The position numbers and the translations under genes are program-made. Shown piece by piece: positions 37,648 through 47,205 of a DNA stretch of 59,819 bases. The notes under the pieces are model-generated. The model did no database searches. It was not told the origin of the DNA and saw only the letters and a list, made by a program, of their open reading frames with translations. Source of the stretch: an uncultured Deferribacteres bacterium (GTDB lineage Bacteria > Zhuqueibacterota > JdFR-76 > BMS3Abin05); NCBI GenBank assembly GCA_964568545.1, contig CAZMRE010000002.1, forward strand, positions 1-59,819. The letters are read 5' to 3'. Position 1 is the first letter of the stretch; the number at the start of each line of letters is the position of its first letter.

Positions 37648-38712
37648 ATGAAAAAAGCAAGTATTAGTCATGTTGCAGAGCGGGCGGGCGTATCGAAAGC
37701 CACGGTTTCACTTGTTCTGAATAACAAGGATAGTGGAATTCGAATTAGTGAGAAGACCCGTCTCAAAGTTTTGAAAGCCGCAAAGGATTTAAATTACCAT
37801 CCCAATTATGGTGCCCGGTTGCTCTCTACCGGCAAATCCTGCGTGATCGGCGTACTGACGCTCAACGAAAATGCTCTTTTCCTCAGTGATTATGACGGCC
37901 GAATTATGAAGGGGATTTCCGCTGTGACCCATGAATCGGGCTACCATATTATGATTCTGGATGAAGAAATTATCAGCAAAAAATCAGCCTCTTTTGGTGG
38001 AAATCTAATTACTGGAAGTTTTTTGGACGGTTTGCTGGTTTTTTCTCCTGATGCAAAAAATCAGCGTTTGACGGAAATTGTGGATACGCTTTCCGATTCA
38101 AAAATTCCCTTTGTTTATATTTGGAGAAAAGGGGCAAATCGGCCGGCTTCGGTGGTAATGGTGAATAATGTGAAGGCAGCTGAGGTTGGAACGGAGTATC
38201 TGATTTCCCTGGGGCATCGGCGCATTGGCTTTATTTCCTTGGGAAAAAATTCCCTCTCCGGCAGAGAAAGACTAAGCGGATACATGCGCGCTCTCAGTAA
38301 AAATCACATTCCTATTGATGAGGAATTGATCAGGCACGATATTTTTCGAAGTTTTGCCCCTGAAAAAATGTCGGATGAAAGTCGTATTTTTGATTTAATG
38401 GATCATCCCGATCCCCCAACAGCCCTTTTTGTGGTGTTTGATCCGCTTGCCATTAGCGTGATGAGGGTGCTTCAGAACAAAGGAATTTCCGTACCGGGAG
38501 ACGTGTCCGTGCTGGGATTTGGAAATGTGATGATGTCTGCCTATTCCAACCCGGCACTTTCAACAATGAATGAGCCTCTGGAAGAATTTGGTCAGCATGC
38601 GGCGCAAATGCTGGTGGAACAGATTGAAAACGAAGAAAAGCAAGCCCCTGTTAAAGAAGTGGTGCTTGATTCAGAATTGATTGTTCGGGAATCCTGTCGA
38701 GCGATTGCCTAA
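37648..38712 (+). CDS. LacI family transcriptional regulator
   Basis: N-terminal HTH ISHVAERAGVSKATVSLVLNNK plus a periplasmic-binding-protein-like sugar-binding core. Confidence 0.9.
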   Translation: MKKASISHVAERAGVSKATVSLVLNNKDSGIRISEKTRLKVLKAAKDLNYHPNYGARLLSTGKSCVIGVLTLNENALFLSDYDGRIMKGISAVTHESGYHIMILDEEIISKKSASFGGNLITGSFLDGLLVFSPDAKNQRLTEIVDTLSDSKIPFVYIWRKGANRPASVVMVNNVKAAEVGTEYLISLGHRRIGFISLGKNSLSGRERLSGYMRALSKNHIPIDEELIRHDIFRSFAPEKMSDESRIFDLMDHPDPPTALFVVFDPLAISVMRVLQNKGISVPGDVSVLGFGNVMMSAYSNPALSTMNEPLEEFGQHAAQMLVEQIENEEKQAPVKEVVLDSELIVRESCRAIA

Positions 38713-38881
38713 AAAAGTAAAGTAAGTTTTTTGTTAATTATTTTAGGGGATGAGGCTCAAAGCAGATTCGCAAGAGTGGCAAAAAACTCAACAGGAATGG
38801 TTTTTATTCGGAAGCTGCGCAATAGAAGCAGTCTGTGTTTCAGCATTTTTTGAATGAATCTTTTTCTGGAAATAAATTTAA

Positions 38882-41800
38882 ATGATGTTCTTTCGGCACA
38901 AATGGCATCTTGCAAAATTCTTTTTTGCTGTTTTTGGAATAAGCTGGGTGGAAGCGTCTGGTTTTTATCCTGCATTTGCGGGAGTTGAAATTATTCGCTC
39001 CAGCGAGAGGCAGTTTGTTTTTCGATATCATCCGACCATCGTGGAAAAACATGTTATGACAGATCAGGGAAAGACACAAACTATTTTAACATTACCTGGC
39101 GGGCAGAAAGAGGTGCTCCAAAAGGGGCTTTTGCTGCCATGCAAACGTTTTTTGGTTGGCATCCCGCCGAATGGCAATGTGTCCCTTCGGGTGGTAAGAT
39201 CGCAATTTTCTCTTAAGAAAGATGTTTTTGTGGAAAAAGGCAAACTTCCGAAAGATGGGAACGAGCACCTTCAAGAGAAAAATTTCGGGCCGATCCCCGT
39301 TCGGCCAGAAACATACACTTCCCGCGTTTTTTACCCGGCTTCAATTGCGCAAGTAACGGAGGTGGGCCACCTTAGGAATCTAAAAATTGCTCAGATTACC
39401 ATTTACCCGATTCAATACAAATTTTCTACTCACACGGCGAGGATTTGTTCTTCCGTACAAATTTCCATGCAGTTTTCCTCTCACACAGTCAGCGACAGAA
39501 AGAGAAATCCGGTTTCCACACCCTTTAGGCAGATTGCTCGATCCCTTTTGCTCAATGGAAAGCAGGCGCAGAACTGGGGCGAAAAACAGATGGTTTTCTC
39601 TAAAACGAAGAGAACTGACTCGTATCGGTACTGGTTCAAGATTCCAATTTTCAGGGAGGGTATGTACAAAATCGGGTACGCGGATTTAAAAAAAACCGGA
39701 TTGGATTCCAGCCAGATTTCGGCCGATCAGCTTCACATCTTTTACGGCGGCGGCAGGGAACTCCCCTGGGATGTGAACGCCCCGGAGCCGCAGCTTCAGG
39801 AAGTGGCTACCTATTTTAAGGATGCCAATCACGATGGGCATTTTGGGAAGCAGGACGAATTAATTTTTTACGGGCAATCCGTAAACGGCTGGGCGTTTTC
39901 GATAATGGACAAACGTTTTCGTCACTACATTAATCACTACGCACGCTGGAATGTGTACTGGCTGGCCATTGGGGGAGATTCGCGCAAACAGATGGCACGG
40001 ATTACAGAAATACCCGCTCAAGCGGAGACCACTCGCACTGCCTGGCGCTATTTTTACAAAGAAGTGGAAAAACTCAATCCTGAAAAATCAGGCATCCAGT
40101 GGTACTGGGATGAATTCTCCGGGAATGAAACCCGAAAATACCCGCTCCTTCTAAGCGGTGTATCTGCTTCAGATTCTTTTGCCTACCGAATTCACTTGAT
40201 CGGGGCATCCTTCAATCACCACAATCTCAAAATTGCATTGAACGGAGAGCCTCTGGCCGATATCGATTTGCCCTACGAGCGTTCGCTGGTGGTTTCGGGG
40301 GGAAGAGCAAGCGGGCTGAAAAACGGCGGCAATATGCTGTCGATTCAGCAGAAATCGACTCTTGGAAGAAAGGACAAATGTCTTCTGGACTGGGTTGAAT
40401 TGAATTACCGAAGCACGCTTCGCGCGGATTCAACCGGATTGGTCTTTTACGCTCCGCTGAGAAACAAAGATGTGACATTTGCACTTTCCGGATTCCAGGC
40501 GGATAGCGTGACCATTTTCGACGTAAGTGACCCATTCAATGTGCGCTACTCTGAAGCTAAAAAAAATTCCCAAAATCCGGGCGAGTGGCTTTTTAGTGAT
40601 CACCTTTCTTTAATCAATCAAAAAAAATATTTTGCCGTTGCGCTTGATCAAATGATTTCTGTAAAAGAAGTGTATCGCGCGGCGAGTCCGGTAAGCGGTT
40701 TGCGGGATGTTCAGAATCGAGCGGATTATTTGATTATTGCTCACGAAAGCCTATTGGGTGCCGATTTGTCCCGTTTGGCATCGCACCGTGCTGACCCGGC
40801 GTTTTGGCCCGGGGGAAAAGACGCGCCCGTTGTGAAAATTGTTCCCGTAAATCAGATTTACAACGCTTTTTCGTGGGGAATCCCGGATCCCACGGCGATT
40901 CGCAATTTTCTGAAATACACCTTTTCTCACTGGACAAAAGCACCGTCGTACGTTCTCTTGGTTGGAAATGCTTGTTACGACATGAAGCAAAATTCGAGTG
41001 CCAGCCCCCCCACGTTGGTGCCTACACACGAAGACGAACTGCGTGTAACCGACGACTGGTTTGCTTTTTTGAACAATGACCGGATTATGGACATGCTGAT
41101 TGGCCGGTTGTCCGTTCAGAATCAGGAAGACCTCCACAATGTGGTGGAAAAAATAATTGAATACGATACGCAGCTTCCACCAGCCCCGTGGCAGGGACGC
41201 GTTCTTCTGGTGGCAGATGACGCTAATTCCCCGACTTACAAGAGTGAGGATATTGCGTTTGGACGAGATACGGAATCGCTTTCGCGGGATTCTGTTTTTT
41301 CAGATTTGTCCATTGAAAAGGTGTACTTGGATGCCTATTCCCAAGATGCTTCGGGAAGAAAGGAAGAAGCAAAACGAGATTTTCTGGCCCAATTGAACAA
41401 GGGAACCGTCTTTGTGAATTTTCTGGGGCACGCAAATCTGGAAGTGTTGACGCACGAAAACATTTTTTACACGCCTCAAGATTTGCCCCTGGTTCAAAAT
41501 GGGCGTCGCTACCCCCTGTTTTTTGCCGGAACCTGCGCTGTGGGGCAGTTTGACTACGATCGCAAACCCTGCATGGCGGAATATCTGACCAATTTGCCCG
41601 AACGTGGAATGATTGCCGCCATTGCTTCTACCCGTTGGACATGGCACAAACTCAATTACGGTGTGAATAAATCCTTTGTGAAAACGCTATTTGACCCTAA
41701 AAATCGGGGCAGGCTTTCCATTGGGGAAGCACTTCTGGCAGCGAAATTGACGTCACGCTACGCAGATCATCGTGAGTTGATTACACTTTTTGGTGATCCG

Positions 41801-42880
41801 GCTTTGCGTCTGGCGTTGCCAACCCGAAATGTGGGCTTGCGAGTTTTACCGGACACGCTTTCACTGCACAAAAGAACCCAGATAATGGCGTCGGTTTCGA
41901 ACAGCCGCATCAAACCGAAAAATTTTAATGGGGAGATTTTTCTGGAATTGCGGGATTCAGGGCAAATACACCACCCAGCGGGTTACAGCTATTTTTTGCC
42001 TGGAGAGATTATTTTTCAGGACACGCTTTTTTCGGAAGATGGAACGGTGCAGGATGATTTTTTTCCAAAAACGATTACATTGTCCGGCGGAAAACTGGGT
42101 CGGCTTTACAGCTTTGCTTGGAACAGAAAGCTTCGGGCTGCCGGTCGACTGGATTCCATTCCAATAAAAAGGGATGTGATTCACTCCTTTTCGGAGATTG
42201 ATTCCACAGGCCCTGAGATTGAAGTTTCCGTGAATCAAAAAAGGATTGAGGATGGAGCGGAAATAACGGTTTTTCCTCATTTTCGGTGTCGGTTCAAACT
42301 GCGGGATACCGTGAGTGGAATTTTGGTTACTAAACCGGAAAACTTCCCGGTGCAGTTTACTGTCAATGGCGATACCACGCTAACGCGCAACCTCACGTCA
42401 CAGCTCATCTGCACGGATTCCACTCGGAGCAACGCAACTGCTGAGATTGACTGTCGGAATTTGCCCCTCGGGGAACAGACGTTTGAGATTACGGCCTGGG
42501 ATCAAGCCTACAATCCTTCCCATTTTGAATGGAAAGGGATGGTGGTTCCGTCAGAATTAAAATTGACCCATGTACTGACTTACCCTAACCCTGCCAGCGA
42601 AAGAACCTATTTTACATTTGATTTGTCTGGTTCGGCGCAGGTAACGGTTAAAATTTATACGCTCTCAGGCCGTTTGATCCAAATGTTTGAGGCTGAGGCT
42701 CAACCGGGTTTCAACCGGATTCCCGGCGAGGGTTGGAATTGTCGCGATCGGGATGGCGATCCGCTGGCCAATGGCGTGTATCTGTACAAAATTGTTGCTC
42801 GCTCGGAATTTTCGGTGTTTCAGACAGGAGCAAAAAAACAATATGCAAGCGCTCTGGGACGTCTGGCTATTTTTAGGTAA
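38882..42880 (+). CDS. peptidase C25 family protein with C-terminal T9SS sorting domain; PorU-like (candidate T9SS C-terminal signal peptidase)
   Basis: Signal peptide. YRYWFKIPIFREGMYKIGYADLKKTGL...IFYGGGRELP pattern seen in PorU/gingipain-type proteins. Catalytic-type His (VNFLGHANLE) and Cys (FFAGTCAVGQFD). C-terminal LTYPNPASERTYFTF...VTVKIYTLSGRLI...NGVYLYKIVA domain (about 42584-42880). The PorU assignment rests on size, architecture and the nearby PorV/PorQ-like gene. Confidence 0.75.
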   Translation: MMFFRHKWHLAKFFFAVFGISWVEASGFYPAFAGVEIIRSSERQFVFRYHPTIVEKHVMTDQGKTQTILTLPGGQKEVLQKGLLLPCKRFLVGIPPNGNVSLRVVRSQFSLKKDVFVEKGKLPKDGNEHLQEKNFGPIPVRPETYTSRVFYPASIAQVTEVGHLRNLKIAQITIYPIQYKFSTHTARICSSVQISMQFSSHTVSDRKRNPVSTPFRQIARSLLLNGKQAQNWGEKQMVFSKTKRTDSYRYWFKIPIFREGMYKIGYADLKKTGLDSSQISADQLHIFYGGGRELPWDVNAPEPQLQEVATYFKDANHDGHFGKQDELIFYGQSVNGWAFSIMDKRFRHYINHYARWNVYWLAIGGDSRKQMARITEIPAQAETTRTAWRYFYKEVEKLNPEKSGIQWYWDEFSGNETRKYPLLLSGVSASDSFAYRIHLIGASFNHHNLKIALNGEPLADIDLPYERSLVVSGGRASGLKNGGNMLSIQQKSTLGRKDKCLLDWVELNYRSTLRADSTGLVFYAPLRNKDVTFALSGFQADSVTIFDVSDPFNVRYSEAKKNSQNPGEWLFSDHLSLINQKKYFAVALDQMISVKEVYRAASPVSGLRDVQNRADYLIIAHESLLGADLSRLASHRADPAFWPGGKDAPVVKIVPVNQIYNAFSWGIPDPTAIRNFLKYTFSHWTKAPSYVLLVGNACYDMKQNSSASPPTLVPTHEDELRVTDDWFAFLNNDRIMDMLIGRLSVQNQEDLHNVVEKIIEYDTQLPPAPWQGRVLLVADDANSPTYKSEDIAFGRDTESLSRDSVFSDLSIEKVYLDAYSQDASGRKEEAKRDFLAQLNKGTVFVNFLGHANLEVLTHENIFYTPQDLPLVQNGRRYPLFFAGTCAVGQFDYDRKPCMAEYLTNLPERGMIAAIASTRWTWHKLNYGVNKSFVKTLFDPKNRGRLSIGEALLAAKLTSRYADHRELITLFGDPALRLALPTRNVGLRVLPDTLSLHKRTQIMASVSNSRIKPKNFNGEIFLELRDSGQIHHPAGYSYFLPGEIIFQDTLFSEDGTVQDDFFPKTITLSGGKLGRLYSFAWNRKLRAAGRLDSIPIKRDVIHSFSEIDSTGPEIEVSVNQKRIEDGAEITVFPHFRCRFKLRDTVSGILVTKPENFPVQFTVNGDTTLTRNLTSQLICTDSTRSNATAEIDCRNLPLGEQTFEITAWDQAYNPSHFEWKGMVVPSELKLTHVLTYPNPASERTYFTFDLSGSAQVTVKIYTLSGRLIQMFEAEAQPGFNRIPGEGWNCRDRDGDPLANGVYLYKIVARSEFSVFQTGAKKQYASALGRLAIFR

Positions 42881-42948
42881 GGAAATAAATTAATGCGTAC
42901 AAATTCATAAATCAAATCTTTTCATACTTAAACTGAAAGGAAAAGCCG

Positions 42949-45900
42949 ATGAAACGGGTGTTCGCTAAAATTGTATTGGCTCTACTTTTCACAATGGGAA
43001 TGCTTCCCCATCTGGCCATTTCCGGCAGTACAGGAAAAATTGTAGGACATGTTGTCGATGCCAAGACCGGAAGTCCCCTGCCCGGTGTAAATGTGATGCT
43101 TGTGGGTACTCGGATGGGAGCGGCTACAGACGCCAACGGTGATTATTTCATCATTAATATTCCCCCGGGAAATTACTCGGTGAAAGCATCGATGATTGGC
43201 TATCAGATTCTTGAAAAGACCGGCGTGATGGTAGAAATTGACCGGACGGTTCGGGTGAATTTTAAATTGAGCCAGTCCGTAATTTCAGGAAAGCCGGTGG
43301 TGGTTACGGCCAAAAAGGAAATTGTTCCAATGGATGTGTCGGCCAGCCAGATTACCATTCAAGGTGAAAAAACGCAGTTAATGCCTGTTAACACGATTCA
43401 AGATGCCATTCGTTTAACGCCCGGCATTTACATTGACGATCAAACAAATTTCATCACCGTGCGAGGCGGCGGAGGCGATCAGGTACTGGTTTTGGTCGAT
43501 GGGGTTTCAATGACCGATAATCTGTTTAACCGGCCGTTTCTTTCAATGAATCGCTCTGCCATTGAGCAGGTTTCCATTCAGACGGGTGGATTTAACGCTG
43601 AATACGGAAACCTGCGTTCTGGTTTGTTTAACATTGTTACTAAAGAGGGCGGCAATCGCTACAATCTGAGTTTGGATTACAAATATCGATTTCCATCATT
43701 AAAATACGAAGGCCCCAAATTATTTACTCCGGGATATAAAGATAACCTGATGTATGGCAGCGATGTTTCCATGGATTCCAGTAGACTACGGCAAATGTTC
43801 CCAAATCCGGAGGATTATTTCATGGGCTGGGTTGCTTTTTCGGAAAACAAAATGATGGATAGCGATTCGTCCAACGATCTTTCTCCTAATCAGCGCCGGC
43901 AATTATGGCTCTGGCGCCACCGGGGATTTCCGCACGGCAACAAACCAGATCATTACCTGGATGCCACGCTGACCGGTCCAATTCCAGGTCGTTCCATTCC
44001 GATTTGGGGCAGTTTTGCCAGACGCACCACATTTCTACTGTCGCATCGCTTTAACAATGTCAAATATGCAGAACCAGCCGTTCGGGATCATTTCTTTGAT
44101 CGGAACTCAATTGTCAAATTGACGACGCACATTACCCCGTCTATGAAGTTGACCCTTTCCGGGATGTTTGCTAAGGAATGGGGAATGGCCAAAGCCGACC
44201 CCCATTATCCTAATGGTCTATTTATCTACCATACCGGTATGGGAAAACGATACGGCGGATGTGAGAATCCTGTGGGGGATTTGACCACGAACATGTTGGA
44301 TATTAATTTTACGCACACGCTTAGCCCGCGAACATTTTATGTAGTGCGGTTGTCTCGCATGCAAACTCACTATCACATTACTCACGGACCCGACCGGGAT
44401 ACCACCAAGATAAAATATATTCCGGCAGATTGGTACACCGTGCAGGGCGACACCCTCAATGTCCCCGGTTATTGGGATTCCAAAACCGGACACTATGTGC
44501 TTCACGACACCACTTTCTACAAGGGTGACAGGGTGTGGTTCCCCGCATCTTCCTACGATGAAACGCCGCACGGCTGGATTATTGGAGGCCAGACGTTTAA
44601 TGACCAGCCCGGAAAGGTTAATCTGGATAATACCAGTATCGATTTTGATTCCTCCAAGGGTTGGACTACCATCTTTAAATTCGATTTAACCAGTCAGGTG
44701 AACAAATATCATCAGATTAAAACCGGACTTTATATGGATATGAGCCGGCTGGATCGGGCGTATCGTGAATTAACCTTCCAGCGAAAAAAACGATTGAGCT
44801 TTTCCTCTCCCCCAAGAAAAGCTGCTGTTTATGTTCAGGACAGGATTGAAGTAAAAGGAATGATTGCCAATGTTGGCCTTCGAGCCGAATACTTTGACGC
44901 CCACGGCAAGGTCTACGAACCGGGGAATCCCTTTTCGCGTGCTTTTGGTCCGGGGTTCTGGGATCGAATTGACGGCGATAGTCTGAAATACGGTCTTAGT
45001 GAGAAGCACTTTTTTATCAGTCCGCGAATAGGAATTTCACATCCAATGACGGCAAACAGCAAGATTTACTTCAACTACGGGCATTTTTATTCGCCTCCAT
45101 TGACATTTCACCTGTACGGTTTTTATAATCGAAGCGATTATGAGTCACAGGCAGAGTTTATCGGAAATCCCAATTTAAAGCCTCCGCGAACGATTGCCTA
45201 TGAACTTGGATTTGATATGGATTTGCATCGAATGTTTCTGATTCACACGGATGTTTTTTACAAGGACGTGACTAATGAAGAAGGAGCTATTTACTACACG
45301 AGTATTGATAAAATAACCAATTACAAAACATGGACCAACAAAAAATATGAGGATATCATCGGATGGGAACTGCGTATCAACAAACGGGTCGGACGGTTCT
45401 TTACCGGTTGGATCCAAACTCAATTTATGGGACAACGGGCCGGTGAGGTTGGCTACCAGCACTTATATGAGCCAGATGATCCCCTCAATGTACCGACCTA
45501 TTCGCGCTTTTCCGTTCCTATTAGCCGACTATGGCGTTGGAAGCCCAGTTTTCAGGGCTATGTAGATGTGCATTCCCCCGAAAATTGGGGGCCTCGTGTT
45601 TTCAAACATTGCATTTTTGCAGGATTTCATGTGAATACCATTATCCATTGGGCAGCCGGTGATAAGTTTACGTGGAACCCGGACAATAAGCCCTTTATCC
45701 GTGACAATCTCCAATGGAAAAATTATTTCCGATCGGATATTTACATGAGCAAGAATTTTACCGTGGGTCGGGTCAACATCAGTCCTTACCTCGATATGCG
45801 AAATCTTTTTGCCCGCAAGATGCTAAATGTGGGAGTTCTGCGAGGCTTAGCTGTTAATCCCGGATCGGAAATTTACAGATACTATGCTTCTCTTAAAAAA

Positions 45901-46029
45901 GGAGATCGCGTAGGCGATTATAAACAATCGTACATTAAATACCCTCACTATAAACCAGGAGAGCCGCTTTACATTCACCAGGGAGGCCCAAAAGAGGTTT
46001 ATATGGGTATTCATATTGAGTTAAAATGA
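42949..46029 (+). CDS. TonB-dependent-receptor-like outer membrane barrel with N-terminal carboxypeptidase-regulatory-like domain
   Basis: Signal peptide. GKIVGHVVDAKTGSPLPGVNVMLVGTRMGAATDANGDYFIINIPPGNYSV (CarboxypepD_reg). Plug motifs VRGGGGDQVLVLVDGVSM and GGFNAEYGNLRSGLFNIVTKEG, followed by about 750 aa of aromatic-rich barrel. It ends in ...HIELK with no terminal aromatic residue. Confidence 0.8.
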   Translation: MKRVFAKIVLALLFTMGMLPHLAISGSTGKIVGHVVDAKTGSPLPGVNVMLVGTRMGAATDANGDYFIINIPPGNYSVKASMIGYQILEKTGVMVEIDRTVRVNFKLSQSVISGKPVVVTAKKEIVPMDVSASQITIQGEKTQLMPVNTIQDAIRLTPGIYIDDQTNFITVRGGGGDQVLVLVDGVSMTDNLFNRPFLSMNRSAIEQVSIQTGGFNAEYGNLRSGLFNIVTKEGGNRYNLSLDYKYRFPSLKYEGPKLFTPGYKDNLMYGSDVSMDSSRLRQMFPNPEDYFMGWVAFSENKMMDSDSSNDLSPNQRRQLWLWRHRGFPHGNKPDHYLDATLTGPIPGRSIPIWGSFARRTTFLLSHRFNNVKYAEPAVRDHFFDRNSIVKLTTHITPSMKLTLSGMFAKEWGMAKADPHYPNGLFIYHTGMGKRYGGCENPVGDLTTNMLDINFTHTLSPRTFYVVRLSRMQTHYHITHGPDRDTTKIKYIPADWYTVQGDTLNVPGYWDSKTGHYVLHDTTFYKGDRVWFPASSYDETPHGWIIGGQTFNDQPGKVNLDNTSIDFDSSKGWTTIFKFDLTSQVNKYHQIKTGLYMDMSRLDRAYRELTFQRKKRLSFSSPPRKAAVYVQDRIEVKGMIANVGLRAEYFDAHGKVYEPGNPFSRAFGPGFWDRIDGDSLKYGLSEKHFFISPRIGISHPMTANSKIYFNYGHFYSPPLTFHLYGFYNRSDYESQAEFIGNPNLKPPRTIAYELGFDMDLHRMFLIHTDVFYKDVTNEEGAIYYTSIDKITNYKTWTNKKYEDIIGWELRINKRVGRFFTGWIQTQFMGQRAGEVGYQHLYEPDDPLNVPTYSRFSVPISRLWRWKPSFQGYVDVHSPENWGPRVFKHCIFAGFHVNTIIHWAAGDKFTWNPDNKPFIRDNLQWKNYFRSDIYMSKNFTVGRVNISPYLDMRNLFARKMLNVGVLRGLAVNPGSEIYRYYASLKKGDRVGDYKQSYIKYPHYKPGEPLYIHQGGPKEVYMGIHIELK

Positions 46030-46133
46030 ACCTTCCATGGCAAGATTGTGCTGCGCAATTCAAAGGAAAGTTATCGTATGTAAAAATACTCGTTCTTTCA
46101 ATAATCAGTGAATCCTTTAGTCGGAGAGTTCTT

Positions 46134-47129
46134 ATGACAATCAAAAAATATTTCATGACAATGGTTTTGGCCCTTTTGATAATGACGTCACTGGCTTTCG
46201 GACAAAGCATTAAGAAAGTAGCCCAAAGCTACATGCCGTTTTTGAGTCTTGAGGTGGGAGCCAGAGCCCAGGCACTTTCGGGTGCATTTATCGCAGTACC
46301 GGGTGATCCGAACAATATCTTTTACAATCCGTCGGGGTTGGCGTACGTCAGAGGGATCAGCTTTTCGCTTTCCCGAACCAATTGGTTTGCTGGTATTGGT
46401 TACGAGGGGGGAGCACTCGCGATGCATTTTGGCGATTGGGGAACATTCGGATTAAGCGTCATAAATATGGATTATGGAACATTTCACCGGACAGAAGTGG
46501 ATGCGCACGCCTGGGAAGGATATACCGAACACGGCACGTTTTCTGTAAGTGAATGGGCCATTGGATTAGCGTATGCCAAACAATTAACCGATCGATTTTC
46601 CTTTGGCGGGCAGGCAAAATATGCTTACCAGGACCTGGGAAGCAGCAGGATCTGGCAGTATTGGGGGACGCAATTTGAGTATTCGGCCAATGTCAAAAAT
46701 GAACAAAAAACAATGGCCTACGATCTGGGCACCTATTATCATACGGGATTTAAAAGCCTGCAAATCGGAATGTACATCAGGAACTTTGCCAATCGACCAC
46801 TTCCCCTAACATTTGGTTTCGGAATGGCCATGTACCTGAATGATCTCTTTTTATCTGAAAATTCGCCTCATCGATTTTTGCTGACCACCGATTTTCTTCA
46901 CCCGAAAGATTATTCCGAACGTTTTAATGTGGGATTGGAATATTCCTTTTACAAAAAAGCTTTTTTGCGATTTGGCTATCGCGGAAATTATGATGAAGAA
47001 AAAATGACATTTGGAGCTGGATATGATCAGCAAATCGGGAATATGAGTTTCGCAATTGATTATACGGCCATTCCGTTTGGCGTATTTGGCTGGGTCCATC
47101 AAATTAGTTTTGGCATGAATTGGCGATAA
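46134..47129 (+). CDS. PorV/PorQ-family outer membrane beta-barrel protein
   Basis: ATG 46134 with GGAGAG RBS and signal peptide MTIKKYFMTMVLALLIMTSLAFGQ. SYMPFLSLEVGARAQALSGAFIAVPGDPNNIFYNPSGLAYV matches the conserved N-terminal block of PorV/PorQ-type proteins. Assigned from memory of the family. Confidence 0.65.
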   Translation: MTIKKYFMTMVLALLIMTSLAFGQSIKKVAQSYMPFLSLEVGARAQALSGAFIAVPGDPNNIFYNPSGLAYVRGISFSLSRTNWFAGIGYEGGALAMHFGDWGTFGLSVINMDYGTFHRTEVDAHAWEGYTEHGTFSVSEWAIGLAYAKQLTDRFSFGGQAKYAYQDLGSSRIWQYWGTQFEYSANVKNEQKTMAYDLGTYYHTGFKSLQIGMYIRNFANRPLPLTFGFGMAMYLNDLFLSENSPHRFLLTTDFLHPKDYSERFNVGLEYSFYKKAFLRFGYRGNYDEEKMTFGAGYDQQIGNMSFAIDYTAIPFGVFGWVHQISFGMNWR

Positions 47130-47205
47130 ACCAGGAATCTAAAATGCCCAAAAATATTTACTCAAAACACGATTAATATAGAGACTTTTAAATGGAGAAT
47201 TGGTG

